64,000 bases of DNA from Clostridia bacterium (GTDB taxonomy: Bacteria > Bacillota > Clostridia > Oscillospirales > CAG-272). Where the stretch lies: positions 280,458 to 344,457 of the forward strand of contig JAFTKN010000010.1 of assembly GCA_017453255.1 (NCBI GenBank), given 5' to 3'. Made by a program: the position numbers and the translations under genes. Numbering within the stretch: the first letter of the stretch is position 1; the number at the start of each line of letters is the position of its first letter. This document shows, in pieces, positions 37,916 to 47,335 of the stretch. The notes under the pieces are model-generated. The model saw nothing but the letters and a program-made list of their open reading frames with translations. It was not told the DNA's origin and did no database searches.

Positions 37916-38689
37916 ATGCATTATAATAAAGTAGAAATTTGTGGTGTTAATACTTCAAAACTAAAAGTATTAACTGAAGATGAGAAAAAGGACCTGTTAT
38001 CTCGTTTTAAAAATGGCGACAGTAAAGCAAGACAAGAGCTTATTAATGGAAATTTAAAATTAGTTTTATCAATAATTCAGCGATTTACAGGTAGAAAGGA
38101 AAATTTAGACGATTTATTTCAGGTCGGCTGTATTGGTTTAATCAAAGCAATTGATAATTTTAATATTGAATTAGAGGTTAAGTTCTCTACCTATGCAGTT
38201 CCAATGATAATAGGAGAAATTAGGCGCTATTTGAGAGACAATAACTCAATACGAGTTTCAAGATCTGTTCGTGATCTTGCTTATCGAGCATTACAAATAC
38301 GTGAGGAAATAGAAAAGGAAGCCTTTTGCGAACCAACTATTGATGTAATCGCAGAAAAGCTCGGTGAAAAAAAGGAAAATGTTGTCAACGCATTAGAGGC
38401 TATAACCGAACCAATATCTCTATATGAACCTGTTTTTAACGATTCTGGTGATTCAATATATATAATGGACCAAATAGCAGACAATTCTACTGGGGATGAC
38501 GCTTGGATTGAGGATATTGCTTTAAGAGAAGCGATAAAAAAGCTAAATGCACGTGAAAAAAAGATTATTGACATGCGATTTTATGCAGGCAAAACACAAA
38601 GCGAAATAGCAAAAGAAATTGGTATTTCGCAAGCTCAAGTTTCAAGACTTGAAAAAGGTGCTCTCGAAAGACTTCGCAAAGAAATATAA
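37916..38689 (+). CDS. sigG: Sporulation sigma factor SigG
   Basis: 257 aa. NKVEICGVNTSKL, NGNLKLVLSIIQRF, DDLFQVGCIGLIKAIDNF, KFSTYAVPMIIGEIRRYLRDNNSIRVSRS, GISQAQVSRLEK. These are the SigG-type signatures, including the N-terminal KVEICGV. Confidence 0.88.
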   Translation: MHYNKVEICGVNTSKLKVLTEDEKKDLLSRFKNGDSKARQELINGNLKLVLSIIQRFTGRKENLDDLFQVGCIGLIKAIDNFNIELEVKFSTYAVPMIIGEIRRYLRDNNSIRVSRSVRDLAYRALQIREEIEKEAFCEPTIDVIAEKLGEKKENVVNALEAITEPISLYEPVFNDSGDSIYIMDQIADNSTGDDAWIEDIALREAIKKLNAREKKIIDMRFYAGKTQSEIAKEIGISQAQVSRLEKGALERLRKEI

Positions 38690-38713
38690 AAGGGTGTTTA
38701 AAACACCCTTATT
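38689..38713. terminator. Bidirectional intrinsic terminator
   Basis: AAAGGGTGTTtaaAACACCCTTATTT. Confidence 0.7.
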
Positions 38714-39047
38714 TAATATGCTCAGGTAGCTTTTCTCCACCTAAAATATGAAAATGTATATGGTTTACACTTTGACATGAGTCGGAGCCAGCATTTGTAA
38801 TAACTCGATATCCATTGGTAATTCCAGCAAGCTTTGCGATTTTAGGAATACATTCAAAAATATACGCTATATCACCGCTATTTGTTTCGTCAACGTGGTC
38901 TGCTGATTCTATATGTTTTTTTGGAAGAGCAAGAACATGAATTTTACACTCTGGATTAATATCATAAAACGCAACTACTCTTTCATCCTCATAGACCTTG
39001 TTTGAAGGTATATCACCCTTGATTATTTTACAAAAAAGACAATCCAT
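38709..39047 (-). CDS. HIT-family (histidine triad) protein
   Basis: MDCLFCKIIKG start at 39047 after AAGGAG. Histidine triad HIHFHILGG. Confidence 0.88.
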   Translation of the reverse strand: MDCLFCKIIKGDIPSNKVYEDERVVAFYDINPECKIHVLALPKKHIESADHVDETNSGDIAYIFECIPKIAKLAGITNGYRVITNAGSDSCQSVNHIHFHILGGEKLPEHIK

Positions 39048-39124
39048 TTTAAATACTCCTTGATATTTTTTAATATTTATAGTACAATTATACAAGATAA
39101 TTTTTTAAAAATCAAGGAAATATA

Positions 39125-40213
39125 ATGATAAATTACAGAAATATAATTTTTAATGATTTTAAATTGGATGTGTGGAATACATTACAAAGCTCTTCTTTAC
39201 CTATTTTAATTTATGGTATGGGAAATGGTGCTGATAAAATAATTGATGTATTCAGCGCCTACGGAATAGAATATCAAGATATATTTGCAAGTGATGGATT
39301 TGTCAGAGGCCACAGCTACAAGGGTAAGCGCGTACTCTCTTATTCAGAAGCATTAGAGAAATACCCAAACGGCTTCGATATTGTTGTATCATTTGGCTCA
39401 AAGCTTCCTGACGTCATAAATAAAATTTATTCATTAGAAAAAAATCATAATGTTTATGCACCAGATGTACCAATTTGTGGTGATAATATTTTTAACACTG
39501 CCTTTTTTGAGGGGCACGCTGAAGAAATTTATACTGCACGCACATACCTGCACGATGAAATTTCAAAAGCTGTATATGACAACATTATTAGATACAAGCT
39601 ATCTGGTAAGCTTTGTTACCTAAAAAAGACTGCTTTTGATACTACAGAATGTGATGCTTTGCTTAATATCCATAAATATGACTCTTATGCTGATTTAGGA
39701 GCTTATAATGGAGATACCATAAAAAAATACATTGATTTATGCCCGAACATAAAACTTATTCATGCGTTTGAGCCAGATAAACGCAATTTTAAGAAGCTTT
39801 CTCAATTTTGCGACAATTTATCTGATATTGAAATCAATCTTTTAAACTGCGCTGTTTACAATAGTAATACCACACTTTCCTTTTCTTCCTCAGGAAACAG
39901 AAATTCGTCTGCAACAGCAACTCAATCATTTCAAAACAAAGAAATGCTAATTGAAGCTCATTCTCTTGATTCAATTACAAAAAAAGCATCTCTTATTAAA
40001 TACGATGTTGAAGGATTAGAATATGAAGCAATATTAGGTAGTGAAAAATTAATCAAACAAGGTAGTGATTTGATCGTTTCCTTATATCATAAAAGTGAAG
40101 ATATTTTTAAATTACCAATATTAGTTAATTCACTTAATCCCTCTGCTAAGTTATTTATACGAAGACTTCCTTATATTCCTGCTTGGGATCTAAACTTATA
40201 TGTAATAAATTAA
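39125..40213 (+). CDS. FkbM-family methyltransferase with N-terminal Rossmann-like extension
   Basis: 362 aa. DLGAYNGDT (SAM site), AFEPDKRNFKKL, IKYDVEGLEYEAILG. Confidence 0.7.
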   Translation: MINYRNIIFNDFKLDVWNTLQSSSLPILIYGMGNGADKIIDVFSAYGIEYQDIFASDGFVRGHSYKGKRVLSYSEALEKYPNGFDIVVSFGSKLPDVINKIYSLEKNHNVYAPDVPICGDNIFNTAFFEGHAEEIYTARTYLHDEISKAVYDNIIRYKLSGKLCYLKKTAFDTTECDALLNIHKYDSYADLGAYNGDTIKKYIDLCPNIKLIHAFEPDKRNFKKLSQFCDNLSDIEINLLNCAVYNSNTTLSFSSSGNRNSSATATQSFQNKEMLIEAHSLDSITKKASLIKYDVEGLEYEAILGSEKLIKQGSDLIVSLYHKSEDIFKLPILVNSLNPSAKLFIRRLPYIPAWDLNLYVIN

Positions 40214-40240
40214 GGGTGCAAGTTGCACCCTTAAATTTTT
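40211..40240. terminator. Bidirectional intrinsic terminator
   Basis: AAGGGTGCAagtTGCACCCTT followed by AAATTTTTTT. Confidence 0.7.
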
Positions 40241-40644
40241 TTATTCAGCTTTTTACTTATGGATTTCATAGATAAATACACACTTATCCATATAATTAAG
40301 TATGTTGCTACAAAAATTGCCGTAAATATTAATATAATTTTCCAATCAAATGGAATCCAAGAATTAACTAAATAGCATAAAATATATGCTAAGTATAGCG
40401 AGGTTAAATGAAATAGCAACGATTTTGTTACTGGCCAACCCTCTATCTGATTAAATATTGATGCTCCAGCCTGAATAAATGCCAACAAGTATGTTGATAT
40501 AATTGCGATAAAAACTTGATTTCCTGTTAGTGTAAAGTTTTCAATCGTATATGATAAAATTAAATAAATAAAACCTGCAATAATTGGTCCAAAACCACCA
40601 AATAACATACCTCTTAGCAAAAAACTTTTTACGTGCTTCTTCAT
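40231..40644 (-). CDS. DUF3021-like four-TM membrane protein
   Basis: 137 aa, four TM helices. 4-nt overlap with the upstream LytTR gene. This pairing is typical of DUF3021 as I recall. Confidence 0.6.
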   Translation of the reverse strand: MKKHVKSFLLRGMLFGGFGPIIAGFIYLILSYTIENFTLTGNQVFIAIISTYLLAFIQAGASIFNQIEGWPVTKSLLFHLTSLYLAYILCYLVNSWIPFDWKIILIFTAIFVATYLIIWISVYLSMKSISKKLNKKI

Positions 40645-41081
40645 ATGCCCCTCCCTATTATTTCTTTTACTTTTTTTAGTTGTCGTCTCGAAACAAAATC
40701 CTTATATCCATTTTCTAATTCAACCATTAAAGTTCCAGAAAATGATGCATTAAATCTTTTTATCTTCTTTACGTTTACAATGGTTGATTGATTAATTTTT
40801 AAAAAACTATCATTTAGAGTTTCCTCAATTGTATATAAGCGTTTTTTTACAAAATATTTTTCTTTTTCTAAAATCGCAACTATGTGGTTGTCCTCTGTCG
40901 TAAAGCAAAAAATATCATTTAAACACAGTTTAATAGTATATTTATCCTTATATCCATATATTTCGTTGTCTAAGTTCGAAATAAAGTTTTCAATATTTTT
41001 TATTTGATCATCATACTCACTTGCATTAATAATTAATTCATTTTCCTGTATCTTTTCATCAATATTAATGGTAAATTTCAT
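40641..41081 (-). CDS. LytTR-domain DNA-binding protein (no receiver domain)
   Basis: 146 aa. LytTR-type C-terminus FLKINQSTIVNVKKIKRF...GTLMVELENG. Confidence 0.75.
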   Translation of the reverse strand: MKFTINIDEKIQENELIINASEYDDQIKNIENFISNLDNEIYGYKDKYTIKLCLNDIFCFTTEDNHIVAILEKEKYFVKKRLYTIEETLNDSFLKINQSTIVNVKKIKRFNASFSGTLMVELENGYKDFVSRRQLKKVKEIIGRGI

Positions 41082-41164
41082 ATTATCACCTCTGATTATA
41101 TTTTATCATTAATTCTATACATTTCAATAGTAAAAACGTATTCGGTTGTTTTTTTAAAATAAAT

Positions 41165-41194
41165 GGCAAAAAAGGACACTATTAAGTGCCCTTT
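41165..41194 (-). terminator. Intrinsic terminator after the CarD-like gene
   Basis: Minus strand: AAAGGGCACTtaatAGTGTCCTTT followed by TTTTT. Confidence 0.65.
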
Positions 41195-41196
41195 TC

Positions 41197-41709
41197 TTAT
41201 TTTCTTTTACATACTATTTCCCCTGCTATAAACGGCAAAACATTTTCATATTCTAATTCTACAACATATGAAAATTCAGAATATAATATGTGTGATGTTT
41301 TTCTCAATACATCCTCATCCATAACATAAAGCTTTTTAACCTCAGGAATTTTGCCTGATTTTGCTAAATACAAAATACGCGCAAGAGAAAATATTTTTTC
41401 TCTATCATATGACGCCATTACTTCTTTATAGTATTTGCTTCTAAGCTTGTTATCGGCAATCCATTCGTTATTTTTAGAGCATTTTTCAATTAACTCAATA
41501 ATTTCGTCATATGTTAATAATTGCTTAATTTTTGATGCTAATTTTTCATTGTCAACAGGGACATAAAGCTTTGAAGAAGAATTATGAACAGGAATCATAA
41601 CATAGTAATCCTTCTTCTCAGAGCTACCAGCAAAGCTTTGACTTACTATTTCACTTATCTGACATACTCCTTCAACACCATATATTACAAGAGAACCAAT
41701 TTTTAACAT
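41197..41709 (-). CDS. CarD/CdnL-family RNA-polymerase-binding regulator
   Basis: MLKIGSLVIYGVEGVCQI...YYVMIPV..SKLYVPVDN (CarD_TRCF N-domain). ATG 41709 lies after GAGGTG. Confidence 0.8.
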   Translation of the reverse strand: MLKIGSLVIYGVEGVCQISEIVSQSFAGSSEKKDYYVMIPVHNSSSKLYVPVDNEKLASKIKQLLTYDEIIELIEKCSKNNEWIADNKLRSKYYKEVMASYDREKIFSLARILYLAKSGKIPEVKKLYVMDEDVLRKTSHILYSEFSYVVELEYENVLPFIAGEIVCKRK

Positions 41710-41723
41710 CAAATCACCTCAGT

Positions 41724-41754
41724 ATAAAAAATGGCGTGTAGCCGTGTACACGCC
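41724..41754 (-). terminator. Intrinsic terminator after nif3 (also sits in the CarD-like leader)
   Basis: Minus strand: GGCGTGTAcacggcTACACGCC followed by ATTTTTTAT. Confidence 0.75.
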
Positions 41755-41812
41755 CTATGTATATTTTAACATATTTTTTGCCCAAAGTGTAATAGTTTTT
41801 TTAAAAATAAAA

Positions 41813-42571
41813 TTAAATTAATTTGATTTTATTAGAAAAGAATATTTCGGTATAGATTTCAGAATCAATAAGTAATACATCCTCTTCTAATGAACAACAA
41901 ACTGGATTTTCGGTATAAAAATGCCCTGCCTCAATAATATTTAAACCCATTTCTTCTGCTTCAACTGAGGTATTATAGCTACCACGACCAGTTAGCAATG
42001 TGTCTGCACCCATAGAAATTGCACGCGTAATTAAATCTTTGCCATCTCCACCAACGACATATATTTTTTTAACCATTTTGTTACCAGAATACAAAACTAC
42101 AGGTGCATTTAATTCACCTTTTACAGTATCGGCAAAGGTGGATAACTCCATTGCATCGGTCAACTCGCCAACTCGTCCAATAGGATCAACGGGATCAACG
42201 ATAACATTATCCAAGCCAAGCAAACGACATAAGGTATCATTTACGCCTCCCTCTGCTGCATCTAAACGAGTATGAAAAGACATTACCCGAACACCAGCTT
42301 GTATTAAATCAATAAGCTTTTTTTGAACATAATTTAAAGGATTTATAGCATTTTGTGATTTAAATACTAATGGATGATGAGAAATAATTGTATCAAATCC
42401 ATTTTCAATTGCATATTCAACTGCATCGCTTGTTACATCTAAGGTAATTAATACTTTACGCACATCATCGTCTAAGGAAACTGCACACATTATTCCATCG
42501 TTGTCCCATTCACAACTTAATGTTTCAGGATAAAGTTGCGATAATTTTTTATACAAATCATAAAATTTCAT
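41813..42571 (-). CDS. Nif3-like dinuclear metal centre protein (YqfO family)
   Basis: 252 aa. HHPLVFK, SFHTRLD, EAGHFYTE. Confidence 0.88.
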   Translation of the reverse strand: MKFYDLYKKLSQLYPETLSCEWDNDGIMCAVSLDDDVRKVLITLDVTSDAVEYAIENGFDTIISHHPLVFKSQNAINPLNYVQKKLIDLIQAGVRVMSFHTRLDAAEGGVNDTLCRLLGLDNVIVDPVDPIGRVGELTDAMELSTFADTVKGELNAPVVLYSGNKMVKKIYVVGGDGKDLITRAISMGADTLLTGRGSYNTSVEAEEMGLNIIEAGHFYTENPVCCSLEEDVLLIDSEIYTEIFFSNKIKLI

Positions 42572-43242
42572 AATAATTTCTCCAAATCAGAAATTTCTTT
42601 TTCAATATTAATGATATCGTATCCACCTTGCTTCATTCCGTCTGCGATTTTACGTTTTTTTACAATTGTAGAATTTATAAGCTTATCAACAAATGTTCCT
42701 TTATTTACAAGGTTTTTTGGACCAATTTCTTTCTCTACTTCTGACAACTCATGATAGCATCCATCATATTCAACACATATGATTTGATAGAGCTTTCCAT
42801 CCTCAAAAATAACATTTTCGTCAATTGTAGAAAACCCGTTTTGTAGGTATTCTCTCAACTCTTTTACACAAGTCATCGGCTGTAATATTAATCTAATCTT
42901 ATTATTGCGAACATATGAAGAAGCATCAATAATTTTAGCAATAAGTTCTCCACCCATACCACATATGGCAATATCAGTTGGCTTAATATTTTCTATATTT
43001 TCAAGCCCACTTGCAACGTTTGTAAAGATTTTTTCTTCAAGCTTAAATCGTTTGATATTCTCTTTTGCACGCTCTATTGGACCTAAATTTATATCACTTG
43101 CATATCCTAATTTGATTTTATTATTCAATGCCAAATAGATCGGTAAATATGCATGATCGGTACCTATATCTGCTAAGATTGCACCGTCTCTCACAAACAA
43201 AGAGACGGTGTGCAATCTATCACTAATTTTTAAATCCAACAT
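42568..43242 (-). CDS. trmK: tRNA (adenine22-N1)-methyltransferase
   Basis: 224 aa. ADIGTDHAYLPIYL, ICGMGGELI. Confidence 0.85.
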   Translation of the reverse strand: MLDLKISDRLHTVSLFVRDGAILADIGTDHAYLPIYLALNNKIKLGYASDINLGPIERAKENIKRFKLEEKIFTNVASGLENIENIKPTDIAICGMGGELIAKIIDASSYVRNNKIRLILQPMTCVKELREYLQNGFSTIDENVIFEDGKLYQIICVEYDGCYHELSEVEKEIGPKNLVNKGTFVDKLINSTIVKKRKIADGMKQGGYDIINIEKEISDLEKLL

Positions 43243-43439
43243 TATTTAGACAAAAATTCGTTTAATTTCTTTACAAGCTCATCTGCATTTGTGCCGTGAA
43301 CTCTGCAAGCATCCTCAATGCTTTCACCTCTTGAGTGAGGACAGCCTAAGCAATGCATTCCGATTTCAAAGAAAAATTGAGCTGTTTCTGGGTTAAAATC
43401 AAGTACATCTCCAATTATTGACGCTTTAGTTACTACCAT
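43242..43439 (-). CDS. DUF1858-type small protein (redox-disulfide-like CxxC)
   Basis: 65 aa. IGDVLDFNPETAQFFFEIGMHCLGCPHSRGESIEDACRVHG. Confidence 0.7.
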   Translation of the reverse strand: MVVTKASIIGDVLDFNPETAQFFFEIGMHCLGCPHSRGESIEDACRVHGTNADELVKKLNEFLSK

Positions 43440-44706
43440 TTTTTGTGTCTCCTTTTATAATTTTTATTTTTCCACCGATAGAGGTAAGCTTGCTTACTAT
43501 GTTTTCATATCCTCTAACGATATAATTGACATTATTAATTCGGCTCTCTTCTCGACAACCTAATGCGGCGCCAATTAAAGCAGCGCCTGCTCTTAAATCT
43601 GTTGCATCTGTTGTAGCTCCACGCATTTTTGATGGCTTAATCAAAACATAGTTATCAATGTTTGATATTTTTGCATTCATCTTTTGAAGTTCATTTACAT
43701 ACCGAAATCTCGTCGGAAATATTTCATCTTTAATTATACCACCATCTTTTGTAAAGCACAATAATGATGCAAGTTGCGGATGCAAATCAGTAGGAAAACC
43801 AGGATATGGTTTGGTTATCACACTTGTACCAAATGGAATCTTATTTATTTTCACCTTAAGTTCTTCATTTGAATGCTTTATAGTATATCCCATTCCTTCA
43901 AAAATACAACTTGAAAATTTTAAATGAGAGAAATTAATATTTTTTAATAAAATTTCTCCTTTTGTAATGCCTAAATAAGTAGTATATGTAAGTGCTTCAA
44001 TCATGTCAGGAAATATTTTATAGCTTGTACCATGAAGCTTATTTACTCCGTCACATACTATCATATTTTTTTCTCTTGAAACTTTTGCGCCACATCTATT
44101 TAAAAAGCAAATTAAATCATCAACATGAGGCTCTTGCGCAATATTTTTAATAATTGTTGTTCCATTTATAAAAACAGATGCTAATATCATATTTATTGTA
44201 GCACCAACAGAAATTTTGTCAAGTACTATTTTACGCGAAACAAGTCCATTTGGTGCTGAAATTGAAACGAAACTATCGTCACACACAACACTCGCACCTA
44301 AGGATTTAAACCCTTTTAAATGTAGGTCTATTGGTCTATGACCAAAATTGCACCCACCTGGTGTAGGTAAAAATGCTTTTTTAAATCTGCTTAGCATTAC
44401 GCCCATTAAATATGAGGAGGCTCTCATTTTGGATATCAAATCATATCCACATATATTTTCTGAAATGTTTTTTGTATTAATTAAAACTTTATTTTTTTCT
44501 ATAAAATGAGCTTTTGCACCCATCAATCTTAATATTTCAAGTGCGTTTTCTACATCACTTACACGTGGAATGTTGTCTAAAATACAATCTTCCTCAATCA
44601 ATATACATGAAAAAATAATAGGAAGCGCAGAATTTTTCATTCCGCTTATATCTATCTCTCCGTATAGCTTATTTCCACCTTGAATTACTAAATGCTCCAT
44701 TTCCAC
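43426..44706 (-). CDS. murA: UDP-N-acetylglucosamine 1-carboxyvinyltransferase
   Basis: 426 aa. GMKNSALPII, active-site loop PGGCNFGHRPIDLH, TDLRAGAALIGAAL, RGYENIVSKL. The start may be ATG 44700; the track start is a GTG inside the SD. Confidence 0.93.
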   Translation of the reverse strand: MEMEHLVIQGGNKLYGEIDISGMKNSALPIIFSCILIEEDCILDNIPRVSDVENALEILRLMGAKAHFIEKNKVLINTKNISENICGYDLISKMRASSYLMGVMLSRFKKAFLPTPGGCNFGHRPIDLHLKGFKSLGASVVCDDSFVSISAPNGLVSRKIVLDKISVGATINMILASVFINGTTIIKNIAQEPHVDDLICFLNRCGAKVSREKNMIVCDGVNKLHGTSYKIFPDMIEALTYTTYLGITKGEILLKNINFSHLKFSSCIFEGMGYTIKHSNEELKVKINKIPFGTSVITKPYPGFPTDLHPQLASLLCFTKDGGIIKDEIFPTRFRYVNELQKMNAKISNIDNYVLIKPSKMRGATTDATDLRAGAALIGAALGCREESRINNVNYIVRGYENIVSKLTSIGGKIKIIKGDTKNGSN

Positions 44707-44755
44707 CTCTAATATAGCTACTACTATATTTTATTCATGGCAGAAATTTTGTTGC

Positions 44756-45868
44756 TTATTTAGTTCTATCTAAAAGATATGCGCATACCAACTCAGTTAC
44801 CAAGCTATAACTCTTAGTTCCATTTTGTTGTCCGTTTGCTTGTAAAAAAGAGTCATTAATTTTATCTGTTACATTTGATGCTGGAGAATCAGCATATTTT
44901 TTAAAAAAGGCAACATAGCTATTATAATCCTGCTTAGTTTCAATATTTAACTTCGAAATCATTTCGTTATATAATTCTTTGTTTGAACTTCTTAATGACG
45001 ACATAATATATGTTAAAACATCTAAATATGCACTATACTGTAGAAATTCATCATCTGAGCAAATTAATACTGCAAAGGCAATAAAATTAGCCTCATCTTC
45101 TCTTGCTATTCCTCTTTGATGTGCCATTTCGTGTGCAGAGCTTGATGCTACAACATAATCGGGATAATTAACATTTACATTAGCCTCACCTGTCATACAA
45201 GTATATAATCCTGATAAATGAGTATACGTCATTGGCTCGCTTAACCAAATTGGTTTAATTCGCGAATCAAATGTAGTTAAAACATTGTTATGCATTGAAA
45301 CAAAAACCTCATATGCATCACAAATTTTGGAACTCATTTCATCATATGAATACGGCATAATAGAAGATTTATCATCTCTGTAGCTAATATTAGGCGACAG
45401 CTCGTTTAATTTTTCAACAATAATTGAACCAGTATCATATAATTCTTGCTCAGTTATGTTTTGTCGATTAAGTCCTAATTTATCTTCTATTTTTGTGTTA
45501 TAAAAACCACTTGTATTTGTCCATACAAAGCAAATAAATATTATACAAATCACAGAAAACAAACTAACTATAAATTTAATGCTTGACTTTTTTCCTTTTT
45601 TTCCGCATTTCACAGCAATGAAAATCAAAATACCCGCCCAAAGTGGTATTGCAATAAGCAATAATTCTGCTATTGAAAACGGAATAATTGATGTAATATA
45701 CGAAAGGACTACCCTAAAAGGAACAGATAAATACTGGTTAAAGAAATCAGCGAATCCTACAGAAGAAATATACACTATGAAGAATATTGCACTTAAAATG
45801 GTAAATAAAAAAATAATAATCGAAAAAATCGGCACATATTCTCTAATTTTCGAAAATGCACTCTTCAT
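44756..45868 (-). CDS. DUF3810-like membrane protein with HExxH zinc-protease motif
   Basis: 370 aa. Three N-terminal TM helices. HEMAHQRG. Confidence 0.7.
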   Translation of the reverse strand: MKSAFSKIREYVPIFSIIIFLFTILSAIFFIVYISSVGFADFFNQYLSVPFRVVLSYITSIIPFSIAELLLIAIPLWAGILIFIAVKCGKKGKKSSIKFIVSLFSVICIIFICFVWTNTSGFYNTKIEDKLGLNRQNITEQELYDTGSIIVEKLNELSPNISYRDDKSSIMPYSYDEMSSKICDAYEVFVSMHNNVLTTFDSRIKPIWLSEPMTYTHLSGLYTCMTGEANVNVNYPDYVVASSSAHEMAHQRGIAREDEANFIAFAVLICSDDEFLQYSAYLDVLTYIMSSLRSSNKELYNEMISKLNIETKQDYNSYVAFFKKYADSPASNVTDKINDSFLQANGQQNGTKSYSLVTELVCAYLLDRTK

Positions 45869-46733
45869 TATTAAAATAACTCCTAATTAAATTTAAAATA
45901 TCATTTGGAATTGGTGCATAAAATTTCCCAACTCCGTCAATTATCATACTAACACAATGTAGAGCTTGCCTATCGATTCTGTTGCTTTGCTCAAAATATA
46001 ACGAATCACCTATTATAGGATGCCCAATGCTTGCAAGATGAATCCTTAATTGATGTGTTCTTCCAGTTTCGGGATATAATTCAAGAACACTTGCCTCATC
46101 GCAAGATAAAAGGGAGCTATATCTTGTTATTGCTTTTTCACCATCTTCTCTTATCTCACGTTTAATTATACTTTTACCAATTCTACCAATCGGTTTATCT
46201 ATGACGCCCTCACCATTGAGTCTTCCAGCTACAACAGCAATATATTTTTTTAAAACTTTTCCTTCCTTTATTGCTTTAGAAACTATAGAAGCATAATAGC
46301 TATTATTGGCCGTTATAACTAAACCACTTGTGTCCTTATCAAGACGATTGGCAGCTCTAAACACATATGGTTTATCCTTGTATCTAAACCTTAACGCGTT
46401 TGCAAGAGTGTTATCATAATTATTAATTGATGGATGAGTAGGCATATTACTTGATTTATTCACAACAGTTAAATTTTCATCCTCATAAACAATCTCAATA
46501 GGTAGTTCAACTGGCAATAAATGCTCATTTTCATCGCATTCAAAGTCCATTATTTCTAATTCTAAAATATCATTACACTTAAGTCTATACAAAACATTTT
46601 CTTGTTTTTTATTTACTGTAATACCATTTGGAATTTTCTTCAATCTTTTTAATAGTGAATGAGAGATATTTTCCTTTCTCAAAAATTCCTTAACTGTAAA
46701 ATCAGCATTGTTTTTATCAATAATATATTTCAT
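45843..46733 (-). CDS. RluA-family pseudouridine synthase
   Basis: 296 aa. S4-like N-terminus. NRLDKDTSGLV (catalytic Asp), GRTHQLRIH. Confidence 0.9.
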   Translation of the reverse strand: MKYIIDKNNADFTVKEFLRKENISHSLLKRLKKIPNGITVNKKQENVLYRLKCNDILELEIMDFECDENEHLLPVELPIEIVYEDENLTVVNKSSNMPTHPSINNYDNTLANALRFRYKDKPYVFRAANRLDKDTSGLVITANNSYYASIVSKAIKEGKVLKKYIAVVAGRLNGEGVIDKPIGRIGKSIIKREIREDGEKAITRYSSLLSCDEASVLELYPETGRTHQLRIHLASIGHPIIGDSLYFEQSNRIDRQALHCVSMIIDGVGKFYAPIPNDILNLIRSYFNNEECIFEN

Positions 46734-46876
46734 GGTAATATTTTATCATACCTATACTCTTTTTTCAATATTTATTGTTGTTTTAAAAATTTTTGTTAAT
46801 TTTTTGCTAATTATACTTGATTATATTCTTAAAATAATGTATAATAGTCAAGAATTGTTTATTAGGAGGTTTAAAA

Positions 46877-47272
46877 ATGAACATTTTAAATAACGTTTTC
46901 CTTTCCGATTCAGGTTCTTCCAATGGTGGCGAAGCTACAGGAAGTAGTGGTATTTTAGGATACCTTCCAATGATAATTATCGTTGGATTAATAATTTTGT
47001 TCTTTGTATGGCAATGGAAAAAGAGTAAAAAGCAACAACGTGAGGCACAAGATATGCTTAATTCAATCGCTATTGGTGATGAAATAATCACAATTGGTGG
47101 TATCGAAGGACGTGTTGTAAGAATAAAAGACGATCACATCACTATTGAATCAGGAAGAGATAGAACAAAGCTTTCAATTACTCGTAGTGCTGTTGCTAAC
47201 GTAATGAAAAAGCAAGAAAATGTTGTTGTAAAAGATACAGCTACCGACAAACCTGAAATCAAAAACGCTTAA
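46877..47272 (+). CDS. yajC: Preprotein translocase subunit YajC
   Basis: 131 aa. Single TM, then KKQQREAQDMLNSIAIGDEIITIGGIEGRVVRI. AGGAGG SD. Confidence 0.85.
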   Translation: MNILNNVFLSDSGSSNGGEATGSSGILGYLPMIIIVGLIILFFVWQWKKSKKQQREAQDMLNSIAIGDEIITIGGIEGRVVRIKDDHITIESGRDRTKLSITRSAVANVMKKQENVVVKDTATDKPEIKNA

Positions 47273-47335
47273 ATTTAGCATATTAAGATTACCTTACAAA
47301 TATACTTTACTAAAAAGTATTTGTGAGGTTTTTTT

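Noticed and set aside
41713-41812. Possible attenuator: an extended -10 promoter (TGtTAAAAT), then a terminator hairpin, then the CarD-like RBS
   Set aside because: The predicted TSS falls at or inside the 5' arm of the hairpin, so transcripts from this promoter probably cannot form it. The simpler reading is a terminator for the upstream trmK-nif3 operon with a promoter nested just before it.
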